59,162 nt of DNA from an uncultured Candidatus Saccharibacteria bacterium (GTDB lineage Bacteria > Patescibacteriota > Minisyncoccia > Phycocordibacterales > CAIJYI01). The translations under genes were made by a program, and so were the position numbers. The DNA is taken from positions 1 through 59,162 of the forward strand of contig CAYPFT010000003.1 of NCBI GenBank assembly GCA_964410165.1, in the 5' to 3' direction. Positions 9,139 through 18,799 of the stretch are shown in pieces. Positions within the stretch are counted from its first letter, which is position 1; each line of letters starts with the position of its first letter. The notes under the pieces are model-generated. The model was not told the origin of the DNA, did not search any database, and saw only the letters and a program-made list of their open reading frames with translations.

Positions 9139-10371
9139 TCAAAAACGCGTTCTTAGTTTTCTGTGGTACGCGATTGCGAAACGATGCGCCTCCGCGTTGC
9201 CGAGGAGAATTTCTTTTTCATATTTTCTGGCAAGCTTCTGGTCGCCGATTATTTTTCGCGGGCGATGGCGTTCGTCTTTCACCACACCGAGGACGGGAAT
9301 GACGATGCCGTATCGGAAAAGCGCCCCCTCCGCCGCATTTTTCTGTGCGACTCCCCCGTCAACGGCAATGAGATTCGGGAAACGCCATTCGGGGTGCCCA
9401 AGCCGCCGCTCCAGAACTTCTCTCAAGTGCGCGGTGTCGTTCACGCCTTGCGCTTTTTGGATTTTGAATTTTCGATATTCGCTTTTTTTCGCTTCGCCGT
9501 CTTCCACAACCGTCATCGCTCCAACGGTAAAGGCCCCGCTTATGTGCGCCACGTCATAACACTCTATCCGAAATTGTCTACTGTCAAACTTTGCATACGC
9601 GAAGTTTGACCGCGCGTTGTTTTTCAGAAGCGATACGTCGCGGATATGAGAAAGAGCAAAGAGCGTTTTTTTAATTTCCGCCGCTTTTTCAAATTTTTCT
9701 TTTTTTGCAAAGTCTTTCATCTCGCGCTCCAGTTTTTTCACCAAATCTTTTTTGCGCCCTTTGAAGAAGAGGGCAATGTTGCGAATGGTTTTCGCGTATT
9801 CTTGTTTTGTGATTGCCCCCGAACACACGCCGGGGCAAAGTCCGATCTGGGCGTTCCAGCACGATTTCCCCTGTCTGCCCGCCGGCGGAAGCGCGCACGT
9901 ATCGCGAAAAGGGAATATCTTGCGTACGAGCTTCATCGCTTCGCGGAGGATTCCGCCATTCGGAAACGGACCAAACTGGTAACTGATAACTGGTAACTGA
10001 TAACTGGTTACCAGTGTGCGCCCACGCACGAGCAACACGCGCGGAAAATCCTCTTTCGTAATGACGACAAAGTTGAAGCTCTTGTCGTCCTTCAGATCGG
10101 TGTTGTGTTTTGGTTTGTGTTTTTTGATAAGCTCGGCTTCAAGGAGGAGCGCTTCAAGGACGGAATCGGTTTGGATAAAATCCACTTTCTTCGCATTCTC
10201 GAGCATCGCCGCAAGAAGCGGTCCGCGGGTACTCATAATGTCAGACGAAAAATAACTTCGCACCCGCGAACGAAGCGATGTCGCTTTGCCGATGTACAAA
10301 ATCCCGCCTTTTGCGTCTTTGAAAAAATACACGCCGGGTGTATCCGGAAGTTTTTTGATGTTTTTTATCAT
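9139..10371 (-). CDS. uvrC: UvrC-like excinuclease, short form
   Basis: N-terminal GIY-YIG (GVYFFKDAKGGILYIGKATSLRSRVRSYF), a UVR-like helix (KEKFEKAAEIKK) and a C-terminal endonuclease-like region. At 410 aa it appears to lack the (HhH)2 tail. Confidence 0.75.
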   Translation of the reverse strand: MIKNIKKLPDTPGVYFFKDAKGGILYIGKATSLRSRVRSYFSSDIMSTRGPLLAAMLENAKKVDFIQTDSVLEALLLEAELIKKHKPKHNTDLKDDKSFNFVVITKEDFPRVLLVRGRTLVTSYQLPVISYQFGPFPNGGILREAMKLVRKIFPFRDTCALPPAGRQGKSCWNAQIGLCPGVCSGAITKQEYAKTIRNIALFFKGRKKDLVKKLEREMKDFAKKEKFEKAAEIKKTLFALSHIRDVSLLKNNARSNFAYAKFDSRQFRIECYDVAHISGAFTVGAMTVVEDGEAKKSEYRKFKIQKAQGVNDTAHLREVLERRLGHPEWRFPNLIAVDGGVAQKNAAEGALFRYGIVIPVLGVVKDERHRPRKIIGDQKLARKYEKEILLGNAEAHRFAIAYHRKLRTRF

Positions 10372-10452
10372 ATTTTACCGCATTCTTTTTTTATTTGTCG
10401 AGAAAAAGTGTTATACTCTCTTCAATAAGCCGCCGCGCGGACAACATGGGTT

Positions 10453-11463
10453 ATGATACCAGCGAAAAAAGCAATTATCAAAGTGGCCATTGTGTGTCTC
10501 GCAATAGCGGCGGGTTCCCTCCTTTTTGACGGGCGGCCGGAAGCGGCAGACCGAAACGAGCAAATCACTTTTGACTGCGGCGACCGAAAAAATTTTTCCC
10601 GTGATGGCTACGAGGCGCATTGTCTTGCAAAAAAGGAAGGAAACCAAAACGAGGGATACGTGAAAGGTCTTGCTTTTCTCTCAACGCCTCTTCCCGCGGA
10701 CAGCCTCTCTCCCGCCGCCGGAGCGTGTGCCTATCCTTCCGAAACAAACGTGATTCGCGTCGAAGTGAGCGCCGACGCTCCTTCTCCGCAATGCCAAAAA
10801 GTTTTCGCGAGAAAACAGCTTGCCGTAAAAAATAATACCGATCGGGAACTTTCTCTGTGGTTCGGCGAACAAAAAGATGTTTCCTTAAAAATTCCCGCGC
10901 AAGAAGAACTGCTGATACCCAAAGTGCTCGGGAAATTTCTCGGAGACGGCGTGCATGTACTCCATGGCGAACCATACCAAGGGCCGGAGATATGGATGAC
11001 CACGGAAACCACACCTTATTTATACCAGTTCGGAGACCACCTCGTCCCGGAGGAAGACATGTTTGCCGGCACGCCCGCCGATGTTTCTTTCGGCGCTTTT
11101 CCGCAGGCAAAAAATTCCGCCGCCCAAATTGAAAACGGCGCGCGGTTTGGCCCAAACTTTGCCGGACATTACACGGTTACGGAATGGGGGTGCGGGACAT
11201 CCTGCCAAACATACGCCATAGTGGAGGTAAAAACGGGTGCTATCATACACTACGGCGACCTCAAGAGCGTAATCGGCGCCGAGTACCGCCTTGATAGTTC
11301 TCTTCTCGTTATAAATCCGCCTTCGCACAGGAAAAAAACCGAAAAAAATCTTCTACCGTCAGGGGATGCCGCCACGGAGTATTACGCGCTTATCGGCGGG
11401 CGGCTGATATTCCTTGACCGTCAGTTGCCGGGAGAAAAAACCGCCGCCGCAGTCGACCGATGA
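10453..11463 (+). CDS. Secreted hypothetical protein
   Basis: 336 aa with a signal-peptide-like N-terminus (KVAIVCLAIAAGSLLF). Conserved-looking C-terminal FAGHYTVTEWGCGTSC motif. Confidence 0.6.
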   Translation: MIPAKKAIIKVAIVCLAIAAGSLLFDGRPEAADRNEQITFDCGDRKNFSRDGYEAHCLAKKEGNQNEGYVKGLAFLSTPLPADSLSPAAGACAYPSETNVIRVEVSADAPSPQCQKVFARKQLAVKNNTDRELSLWFGEQKDVSLKIPAQEELLIPKVLGKFLGDGVHVLHGEPYQGPEIWMTTETTPYLYQFGDHLVPEEDMFAGTPADVSFGAFPQAKNSAAQIENGARFGPNFAGHYTVTEWGCGTSCQTYAIVEVKTGAIIHYGDLKSVIGAEYRLDSSLLVINPPSHRKKTEKNLLPSGDAATEYYALIGGRLIFLDRQLPGEKTAAAVDR

Positions 11464-11666
11464 AACAAGCGAAAAAAAACTATTTCTTTTTCTTCGTTTT
11501 CACGGCAAGTTTTGCGTATTTTACCGCGAGACGTTTTTTCGTCTTTTTGGAACGCGATGCTTTATTCTTCGTATTAACACTCATTCTTTTTGCCATAACC
11601 TTTATTGTGTCTTATCCGGACGATTTTGTAAATCTTGCTTTCGCCGTACTCAGCGTGGTATCATAA
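11460..11666 (+). CDS. Small membrane protein (hypothetical)
   Basis: 68 aa with two hydrophobic helices. ATGA start/stop overlap with the upstream gene suggests translational coupling. Confidence 0.35.
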   Translation: MKQAKKNYFFFFVFTASFAYFTARRFFVFLERDALFFVLTLILFAITFIVSYPDDFVNLAFAVLSVVS

Positions 11667-11703
11667 ACACAAGATTACAAGATCATAAAATAAAAAAAAT
11701 TAT

Positions 11704-12013
11704 TATGGGCTTTTTTAAACCTGAGGGCGAGACCGTTGCCCCACAAAGCGAAGCGGAAATAAACGCTCTGCAAAAAGAGCTTGCGGATGTTCAATTGGGC
11801 ATAGAAAACATCGGTTCATTCCCAAATGAACCGCATCGGGATGACGGGAAAAACCTTGATGCGCTCCTCACACAAGAGGCGGGTCTTATGAACGAATTGG
11901 CGAAACTCGGCGTTCAAACGCAATCAGCATTTAACCCAAAACAAAAAGTGGAGCCAAAAGAAGGAGAAGAATATCTTCCGCCATCTCTGCGACAAGGAGG
12001 GATTCTCAATTAA
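11704..12013 (+). CDS. Hypothetical protein
   Basis: Internal ATG of ORF 11414-12013 (MGFFKPEGETVAPQSE...). The upstream part of that ORF overlaps the previous gene in a different frame. Confidence 0.4.
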
Positions 12014-12414
12014 TCTGCGTTTGCGTGGTCGGCCGGAGTTTTTATTTGATCGGTTACTCTTTTTACCAGATCGTCAAGACTCCAATCCACTTTCACCAGA
12101 AAATCGTAAACTCCGTGAGCGACGGCGTCCGAAACTTTGTCCGAATCGCTCAAATTCGTCAGAAAAATAACGTTTGCGGTCTTCCCCCACGCATCTTCGC
12201 GAATCTTCTTTAAGGCGCTCATTCCATCCATTATGGGCATAACGATGTCAAGAAGGATCATGTGAGGATGATGCAAAAGCGCAAGTTTAACGGCTTCCTC
12301 TCCGTTTTCCGCCGGAAAAACCGTAAAGCCTTCCTGCGTGAATCTGTCTTTCAGCCCCCGGAGCAAGGGTGTTTCATCCTCCGCAATAACGATTTTGTAT
12401 GAGTCCATGTTCAT
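12010..12414 (-). CDS. Stand-alone response-regulator receiver domain protein
   Basis: 134-aa CheY-like protein: IVIAEDE..., LLDIVMPIMDG (phospho-acceptor Asp), and a conserved downstream Lys. Confidence 0.8.
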   Translation of the reverse strand: MNMDSYKIVIAEDETPLLRGLKDRFTQEGFTVFPAENGEEAVKLALLHHPHMILLDIVMPIMDGMSALKKIREDAWGKTANVIFLTNLSDSDKVSDAVAHGVYDFLVKVDWSLDDLVKRVTDQIKTPADHANAD

Positions 12415-12516
12415 GATTTTAATACCCTTTGATAATCGACAAAAACTTACTTTCTTGTCTTTCAGTATACCACATATATCAAAAAAATAGGAACCGGAAA
12501 AGATGCCGGACGCGCT

Positions 12517-13179
12517 TCACTCCTGATTCTTTATCGTTCTCTTTTTCCATTCCTCAATTTTCTTATGATCTCCCGTGAGCAGTACTTTCGGAACGCGGTA
12601 TTTTTTATTTTTGTATTCCAAAATTTCCGGACGCGTATACACTTCATGGCTTGAAACGCGGCCATCTTCAAGCGATTCGAATTTCCCCAGCACGCCTTTG
12701 ATCTGGCGCGAGACGGCGTCCATAAAAACCATCGCCGGAAGCTCCCCCCCCGTCAAAACATATTCGCCGATGGACACCTCCTCCGCCTTGAGTATTTTTT
12801 TTACTCTCGCGTCTATTCCTTCATAGCGCCCGCAAATAAGAATAATATCCGTATAATTCTTTTCAACAAGATTTTTGGCGAAAGCATTGGTAAAACTCGC
12901 TCCTCCGGGCGAAAAAATAATGGTCTTCCATTTTTTTTTCTTCCCGGTTTTCCCTTTTACTTTTTCTACCGTCTTCAAAAGCGCCGATGCGAGTAAAATC
13001 ATTCCCGGTCCCCCGCCATAAGGACGTCCGTCAACTTTTTTCCACTTCCCTTCTCCGTATTTTCGGGGATCATAAAATTTTATGCCGATGAGCTTTTTCT
13101 CCCGAGCGCGCCTCAAAATGGATTCGTTGATGTACGAATCGAAACTGTGAGGAAAAAGAGAGATGATATGGAAAAGCAT
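12517..13179 (-). CDS. trmD: tRNA (guanine37-N1)-methyltransferase
   Basis: MLFHIISLFP start (ATG 13179). GRYEGIDARV and the SIGEYVLTGGELPAMV motif are typical of TrmD. Confidence 0.9.
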   Translation of the reverse strand: MLFHIISLFPHSFDSYINESILRRAREKKLIGIKFYDPRKYGEGKWKKVDGRPYGGGPGMILLASALLKTVEKVKGKTGKKKKWKTIIFSPGGASFTNAFAKNLVEKNYTDIILICGRYEGIDARVKKILKAEEVSIGEYVLTGGELPAMVFMDAVSRQIKGVLGKFESLEDGRVSSHEVYTRPEILEYKNKKYRVPKVLLTGDHKKIEEWKKRTIKNQE

Positions 13180-13211
13180 AAGGCGGTATGAATATCTCCG
13201 GCGTGGCGGCG

Positions 13212-13793
13212 TTATATCCCCAATTTCCCATAACATGCTATCTCTTTCTTGATCATTTCTTTTTTGGCATCAGACATCGTCTTGAGCGGCCCGATGCGCG
13301 AAACGCGAACCGGCCTGTACCCCGCAAAGCCGAGCGTCGCTTGTTTTATTTCATTCGCGGTATTTCCAAAAAGGAGTTCGGCGATTACCGGATGGTTGTC
13401 CATCGTAATGACCACGCGGGCGCTTCGACCCTTCAAAAGTCTGTCCCACCAGAACTTTCCCTTTGTAAACTTAAACGCGAAACCGGGAATGAACATTCGA
13501 TCAAACATGCCTTTCAAAAGCGCGGGCATCGCTCCCCACCAATTCGGATATACGAGAAAGAAGTGATCCGCCCATTTCATGTTTTCCTGAATAAGCAGGA
13601 GATCCGGCTCAAGAGCTTGAATGACTTTATATCCTTTATGCAAGATGGGGTCAAAGGTAAGCTCGCCGAGATTGAGGCGTTTGACTTCATGCCCCGCCGC
13701 TTTTGCTCCCTCTTCATACGCATTCGCAAGCGATCCGGACATGCTCTCCACATCCGGATGCCCGACGAGAATGAAAATTTTCTTTTTTGCCAT
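13212..13793 (-). CDS. Flavodoxin-like fold NAD(P)H dehydrogenase (quinone) family protein
   Basis: 193 aa. KIFILVGHPDVESMSGSLANAY and overall similarity to the Flavodoxin_2/KefF/MdaB-type family. Confidence 0.7.
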   Translation of the reverse strand: MAKKKIFILVGHPDVESMSGSLANAYEEGAKAAGHEVKRLNLGELTFDPILHKGYKVIQALEPDLLLIQENMKWADHFFLVYPNWWGAMPALLKGMFDRMFIPGFAFKFTKGKFWWDRLLKGRSARVVITMDNHPVIAELLFGNTANEIKQATLGFAGYRPVRVSRIGPLKTMSDAKKEMIKKEIACYGKLGI

Positions 13794-13923
13794 TTTTGTT
13801 TTTTATTTATCTTTATCTAAACAGTGTAACAAGAAAAAAGACAAGTGTACAATTTAACACAACAAACCCCGCCTTCTTACGGGCAGGGTTTGTATTTCTT
13901 TTTCCGAAACCGGCATTTTTGGA

Positions 13924-16900
13924 TTACGGGTTGTCCCAGAAAGGAAGGTTTGCGAGACTCTTTGAAAGAGCCGGGGTCGCTTTGCCTGTTGGAGGAAGAA
14001 GAGCGGGAATGGCGTTCCCGTCACCGCTCCCGTTGAATGCGTCAAGAACGGAAACAAAACTCATGATGGTATTCTTATTGGTGCCGGCATAAGCTGTGTC
14101 AGCAAGTGCAATCTGCCCTTGAACCGCCGCCGAACATCCGAACGCCGCGCAGTTCAATTTTGCCGCGAGAAGTTGCTGTAAGAGCGCAATGCGCGCTTGA
14201 TCAATCTGGGTGCGTTTTATGCCGGCGGTCGTCTTTGCTATCGGGGCGTAAAATCCGCCGAATATCTTCTCGACAGTTTCAACGGGACCCTTATGTGTTG
14301 CGCCATCTCCTACAAGCATTGTGCCGCCAAGCTGATTAGCAAAGACTGATGTCGTAAAGTCCGTATGCGTCTGCCAGAATCCGATTGTGCGAGTGGTACC
14401 GATAACTCTGATGACTATCGAATCCGCCTCAGAGGCGTACCCCGTATCCGGAGAAATATCATTTCCGAGTAAATCGTCTCCATGACCGGCAACGCTAAAC
14501 GTCGTATTCGCGCTAATCAAGAACTCCAGCGTCCAGACCCACGTTTCGCCGGGATCCATAACGCCGTCGTTGTCTGCGTCTCCAGAGAAGTTCGGACTGT
14601 TCTCATCAAGAACAATCGTGTTTAAGCCGTAGGTCAAGACGACCGTGTTTCCCGTAAGTGGCACTTCGCCGTCATTCGTGTCAGAAACAGTAAGGAGAAC
14701 ATTCTCACCGGGAAGAGTTTCGTATACGTCCGCCGTGATCGAAATAGTCGTATGCGGCTGTTTGAGGGTATTCGTTACCGAAGCCGTTCCTTGCACTCCC
14801 GCTTCCACATTCGTGTTTCCCTCTCCGCTTACCGTCCACGCAAGCCCCGGATCGGTTTCGGTTACGGTATAGGTTCCGGGAATCAGGTTTTCAAGTGTTT
14901 GTGTTCCGCTTACCACACCATTCGTTACGATGAAATTAAGCGGCGTGCCGGAAGGATATGACGGACCGGTAACAATAAGCGAGAAACTTCCGTTGACCGG
15001 CAGGGTATAGCCGCCCAAGACGAGATTCTTCGTCACTTCAAGCGAGCCGGCAACGTAGGTTTTTACGGCATCAACGGATGAGCTGTTTGTCCCGTCAGTC
15101 TCGCGATGCACTATTGTTGAACCAAAAGCGACGTCAACCATTGCGTGAATACTAATCGTTCCCGGAGTCGCGCTGTTGAGTACTATGATGCACTGCCCCG
15201 AAGCGTCAGTGTTTGCTCCGACATTGTCGCACGTGCTTGCGGCAGTATCGAGTACCGATACCGCTCCATCCGCATCGGTAAGAGTAAAGCCTACATGTTC
15301 TCCTGCGGCGACAATCCACGCGCCGCCATCGTTCTTCATTACCGTAACGGTAAAGGTGTGCGGGCTGTTTATGTCGTTCGTCGCCGTCAAAGGATCAATC
15401 GTAATGTTTGCACCGACGACTTTCACGGTCTGGCTGTCTTCGTCTGAGACCGAATTGTTCTCATCGTCCTCCACCGTCACCGAAGCCGTATTCGGATAGG
15501 TTCCGGCATCGGTATGATCTACCAAGTAAACGCAAGAAACAGTCTGCCCCGGAACAAGCGTCGTACCGATAAGCGCCAGACATTCCGGACTCAAAGCGTT
15601 GTCATCGGTGAGAGAAACAATTTCCACGTCTTCAACCGAGGTATTGGTAATCGTTACGGTGTAAGTGAACGTACCGCCCGGTTCAGGCAAAGCCGCGCTG
15701 TCAACCGACTTCACCAAGGCAACCGTCGGTAAGACATCAAGGAAGTTCACGGTGGCATCGTCGCTGTCAGTCGCGTCGCTTCCTTCATTATCAACGGCAT
15801 GCGCGGTAAAGACATTCGTGTGAGAAGTATTTCCGTTCCCGAGAATCGTAGCCGTGTAATCAAAAGTACAGAAACCGCCAACCGGAATGATAGTGCCGAC
15901 CTGACAGTCCGCGTCGCCCGAGAGCGTGCCGAATGTGTCGTCGGAAAGGCTGGTGATGGTAACCGCGTCAACGGAGCTTACGTTCGTAACGGTAAAGGTA
16001 TAGGTAACTGGTCCGCCCGGTTCATTCACTGAAGACACATTCGCCGTTTTATCAACAGTAATCACCGGAAGAATGTTTGAATCGTTGTTCGTGATCGTAC
16101 AAACCGCTGATTCGCCAAGCCCTAAAGTGATTGATGAGCCGCTCTGAACGCCGCCGCCTACACAGACCCATGCTGAAGGCGTGTAGCCTGCCGGACCGGC
16201 CGACTCAGACAAAATATACGTGCCGGCGGAAAAACCCGCCCCGCTTACCACATCCGCGTCCCCGGATGCGCCGGGGCCGGATAATGGAGTCGGGCCGGAG
16301 GCGGAAAGCGTCCATGCGGATTCGGGGGTATTTCCATCTTCATCATTAACAACAATCTTGTTCAAGGTGAGCGACGGCGCTTGGTTGTCCGGAACGAGAA
16401 TATCCGCGCCTTTGATTTGATTGTCCTGGCTTCCGAGAGATCCTCCGTCAAGAAGTTTGAGGTTGAAGTGGTACGGCCCGCCGTTGATTTGCCCCGACCC
16501 GTTTCCCGCTCCCCACGACATGCCGGCGCCATCGCCCGATACCGCCAAGTGTCCGCCCATTTCAATAAGCACTTGTGTGGAAGCGGATGTCCACGTCAAA
16601 ACGTAATTTATATCAGAATCTCCGGTATCGCCAAAATTTGCGACAGAGTGAGCGAGCGTAAGAGATGCCGAAACAATCGCCGCGTTTCCGTAAATCCGTA
16701 TGGTTCTGTTGCCATTGGCTGTTTCATACGCATTTATGCGATCTTGGGTCGAACCGTCCGCACTGACGAATGCATCATCGGGAACCGAGACATCAAGGAA
16801 AAATGATCCCGTCTTGAGAGCCGTACACGTTGCGCCAAGAGATCCGGGCGGCCCGATTGAGGGATCGCAGGCTTGCCCGTTTAAGTCGGTAAAAGCCACC

Positions 16901-17259
16901 CCCTCCGAAGCGGCGCTGGCAATCGCTTGATCGTAAGAAGTCAGCCAATCGTACGCATGAATCCCCGCCTTTGACGCTTGATGGCTGAAATTCAAAGTGT
17001 GCACATTGCCGGAGGTAGTGCCGATATTCGCGAATACCGTTCGTTGCGGAACACTCATTCCTTCGTAGTATTTTGAATTGCTTTGCTGAATGATTCCATT
17101 AATCCACTTGCAATCGCCTAAGGTCGAATTTTCATTTGAACACTGCTTGAAATCTACAATTTCCTGCGCGTTCGCGACCGCAACCGCTCCGAAAGCTCCA
17201 ACGAAAAGAATTTGTGCAAGAATGACGGTGCTTGCGAAAAGTCGTTTATACTCGTTCAT
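13924..17259 (-). CDS. Large secreted surface protein with repeated DUF11/Ig-like domains
   Basis: Start at MNEYKRLFASTVILAQ (signal peptide, cleavage near ANAQE). Multiple repeats of the ...VTYTFTVTNVS...VTITSLSDD... type. Confidence 0.7.
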   Translation of the reverse strand: MNEYKRLFASTVILAQILFVGAFGAVAVANAQEIVDFKQCSNENSTLGDCKWINGIIQQSNSKYYEGMSVPQRTVFANIGTTSGNVHTLNFSHQASKAGIHAYDWLTSYDQAIASAASEGVAFTDLNGQACDPSIGPPGSLGATCTALKTGSFFLDVSVPDDAFVSADGSTQDRINAYETANGNRTIRIYGNAAIVSASLTLAHSVANFGDTGDSDINYVLTWTSASTQVLIEMGGHLAVSGDGAGMSWGAGNGSGQINGGPYHFNLKLLDGGSLGSQDNQIKGADILVPDNQAPSLTLNKIVVNDEDGNTPESAWTLSASGPTPLSGPGASGDADVVSGAGFSAGTYILSESAGPAGYTPSAWVCVGGGVQSGSSITLGLGESAVCTITNNDSNILPVITVDKTANVSSVNEPGGPVTYTFTVTNVSSVDAVTITSLSDDTFGTLSGDADCQVGTIIPVGGFCTFDYTATILGNGNTSHTNVFTAHAVDNEGSDATDSDDATVNFLDVLPTVALVKSVDSAALPEPGGTFTYTVTITNTSVEDVEIVSLTDDNALSPECLALIGTTLVPGQTVSCVYLVDHTDAGTYPNTASVTVEDDENNSVSDEDSQTVKVVGANITIDPLTATNDINSPHTFTVTVMKNDGGAWIVAAGEHVGFTLTDADGAVSVLDTAASTCDNVGANTDASGQCIIVLNSATPGTISIHAMVDVAFGSTIVHRETDGTNSSSVDAVKTYVAGSLEVTKNLVLGGYTLPVNGSFSLIVTGPSYPSGTPLNFIVTNGVVSGTQTLENLIPGTYTVTETDPGLAWTVSGEGNTNVEAGVQGTASVTNTLKQPHTTISITADVYETLPGENVLLTVSDTNDGEVPLTGNTVVLTYGLNTIVLDENSPNFSGDADNDGVMDPGETWVWTLEFLISANTTFSVAGHGDDLLGNDISPDTGYASEADSIVIRVIGTTRTIGFWQTHTDFTTSVFANQLGGTMLVGDGATHKGPVETVEKIFGGFYAPIAKTTAGIKRTQIDQARIALLQQLLAAKLNCAAFGCSAAVQGQIALADTAYAGTNKNTIMSFVSVLDAFNGSGDGNAIPALLPPTGKATPALSKSLANLPFWDNP

Positions 17260-17506
17260 ATGTTTATCTGTGCTTATCTTGATAATCCCCGCATCAATTA
17301 CTCTGATCACTGTAACGCCAGCCGGGTAGCTAATAAAATTCAGTCAAAATATTATGGGAAATGGTATGCTTTTCGGCGTAAAAAGTCAAATTTTTGTATA
17401 AGGCCACTCCATTCTTAACACAAATGTCCACTGAAATTCGGCGGGAAAGGTGCAGAAAAAAACCTTGCCGAAGAAGATCGACAAGGTCTTTGAAAAATGC
17501 GACATT

Positions 17507-18319
17507 CTACCCGCCGCTTACCATTTCCGCCTTTTTCCGAAGCGGCAGGGTTTCTTTGAGGAATTTTATCAAAGCGGAAGCCGGGACGCCGCACGCTATT
17601 CCAGTGCTATCGCCTCTTGCGATCATCCCATTCACTTTATCCGACTCAAAATTATAAAGCGCGCCGCCGGAATTTCCTGAACTGATGAACATATCAACCA
17701 GAAAATATTTATGTCCCGGATCATTGCAATCATTGAGTCCAACTTTCATGGCGGATCCGGTGCGAAGAGTGTCCGATATGCCAAACGGGGACCCTGATAA
17801 CCCGAGAAGCGAAAAGGAAATTTCGCTCTCATCTTGAAGAACAAACCCTTCTCGCATAGGGCTGATTTTTTTGTCAAACCGCAAAAGAGCTATATCGTCC
17901 GTCGTGGATACTGCCACGACGAAAACGAGAAAAGTAATGCCGCTTACATCAACTGCTTTATAGCTCTCCCCCAAATGAAGGGTTACTCCTGGTGGAAAAT
18001 TGACGAGATTGCCGATGGCGTCTGTAGCTTCTTTTTTTATTTTATTGGAATCAGTAACATGCTTGTTTGTCAAAAGGTATCTGCCGTTGCACAATTCACA
18101 TTGAGGAATAAAGGCTGTTCCTTGTTTCCACCCCAGTTCCGTTACTTTTCCTTTGTTTTTTCCAGATTCCCCCGCGGTAACAACTGAATTCGGGATTGTG
18201 TAAAGAGTAAAACTGAATTTTCCAGAGCCGTTTTTATCCATAAGGGCTCGGTGCGCATCACCGATGGCTTTTAAGACTTTATGTCCTTTCAGCATCATTA
18301 TGGGCATGCGCGGTCGCAA
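17507..18319 (-). CDS. Trypsin-like (S1/S1C) serine protease; the 5' end is possibly frameshifted
   Basis: Catalytic Ser motif SSGNSGGALY. A signal-peptide-like mini-ORF (MKTSYLYKFTALFAFCFLSLFFATAHA, 18279-18383) overlaps the 5' end in another frame, next to a T8/A8 run. Confidence 0.7.
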   Translation of the reverse strand: MRPRMPIMMLKGHKVLKAIGDAHRALMDKNGSGKFSFTLYTIPNSVVTAGESGKNKGKVTELGWKQGTAFIPQCELCNGRYLLTNKHVTDSNKIKKEATDAIGNLVNFPPGVTLHLGESYKAVDVSGITFLVFVVAVSTTDDIALLRFDKKISPMREGFVLQDESEISFSLLGLSGSPFGISDTLRTGSAMKVGLNDCNDPGHKYFLVDMFISSGNSGGALYNFESDKVNGMIARGDSTGIACGVPASALIKFLKETLPLRKKAEMVSGG

Positions 18320-18472
18320 AAAAAAGAGAAAGGAAGCAGAACGCGAACAACGCGGTAAATTTGTAAAGGTATGATGTTTTCATGGTACGATAACTCCGAA
18401 AAATGTAGTCTGTCCTTACTATACTCCTTTTCAATGTACACAACAAGGAAAGAGTGCCAATATAGTTATGTG

Positions 18473-18544
18473 CGGGTCCGCCCGGACTCGAACCGGGAAT
18501 AGCGGTTTTGGAGACCGCCGTTTTACCATTGAAACTACAGACCC
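18473..18544 (-). tRNA. tRNA-Trp (anticodon CCA)
   Basis: Manual cloverleaf: GGGTCTG acceptor, anticodon loop CTCCAAA, T-loop TTCGAGT, 72 nt. 3' CCA is not encoded. Confidence 0.9.
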
Positions 18545-18606
18545 AGATGAAAACAAAAAAACAGCCCCGATTATGGTGCCATTTTATCACGATTCCTCCA
18601 AACAAT

Positions 18607-18765
18607 CTACTTTTTCGCCTCTTTATGCGGGGTGTGTTTTCGGCACCACAAACAATGCTTGGAAGGTTCAAGCTTCTTTTCCACGCGTTTTTTATTGCGC
18701 GTGGTCCAATAATTCACATGTTTGCATTTCGTGCAAGCCAGTTTGATAAGATGATCCTGCGACAT
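18607..18765 (-). CDS. rpmG: 50S ribosomal protein L33
   Basis: 52-aa ORF, too short for the ORF track: MSQDHLIKLACTKCKHVNYWTTRNKKRVEKKLEPSKHCLWCRKHTPHKEAKK. It has the CxxC..CxxC L33 pattern and sits next to tRNA-Trp. Confidence 0.85.
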   Translation of the reverse strand: MSQDHLIKLACTKCKHVNYWTTRNKKRVEKKLEPSKHCLWCRKHTPHKEAKK

Positions 18766-18799
18766 GGTAAGGAGAGTATACTATGCGCTTACAAAAAAA

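Noticed and set aside
9975-10015. Perfect 14-nt tandem duplication (actggtaactgata x2, plus a partial third copy) inside the uvrC-like ORF.
   Set aside because: The ORF stays open and the encoded segment (SYQLPVISYQF) lies in a linker. There is no evidence of phase variation without population data.
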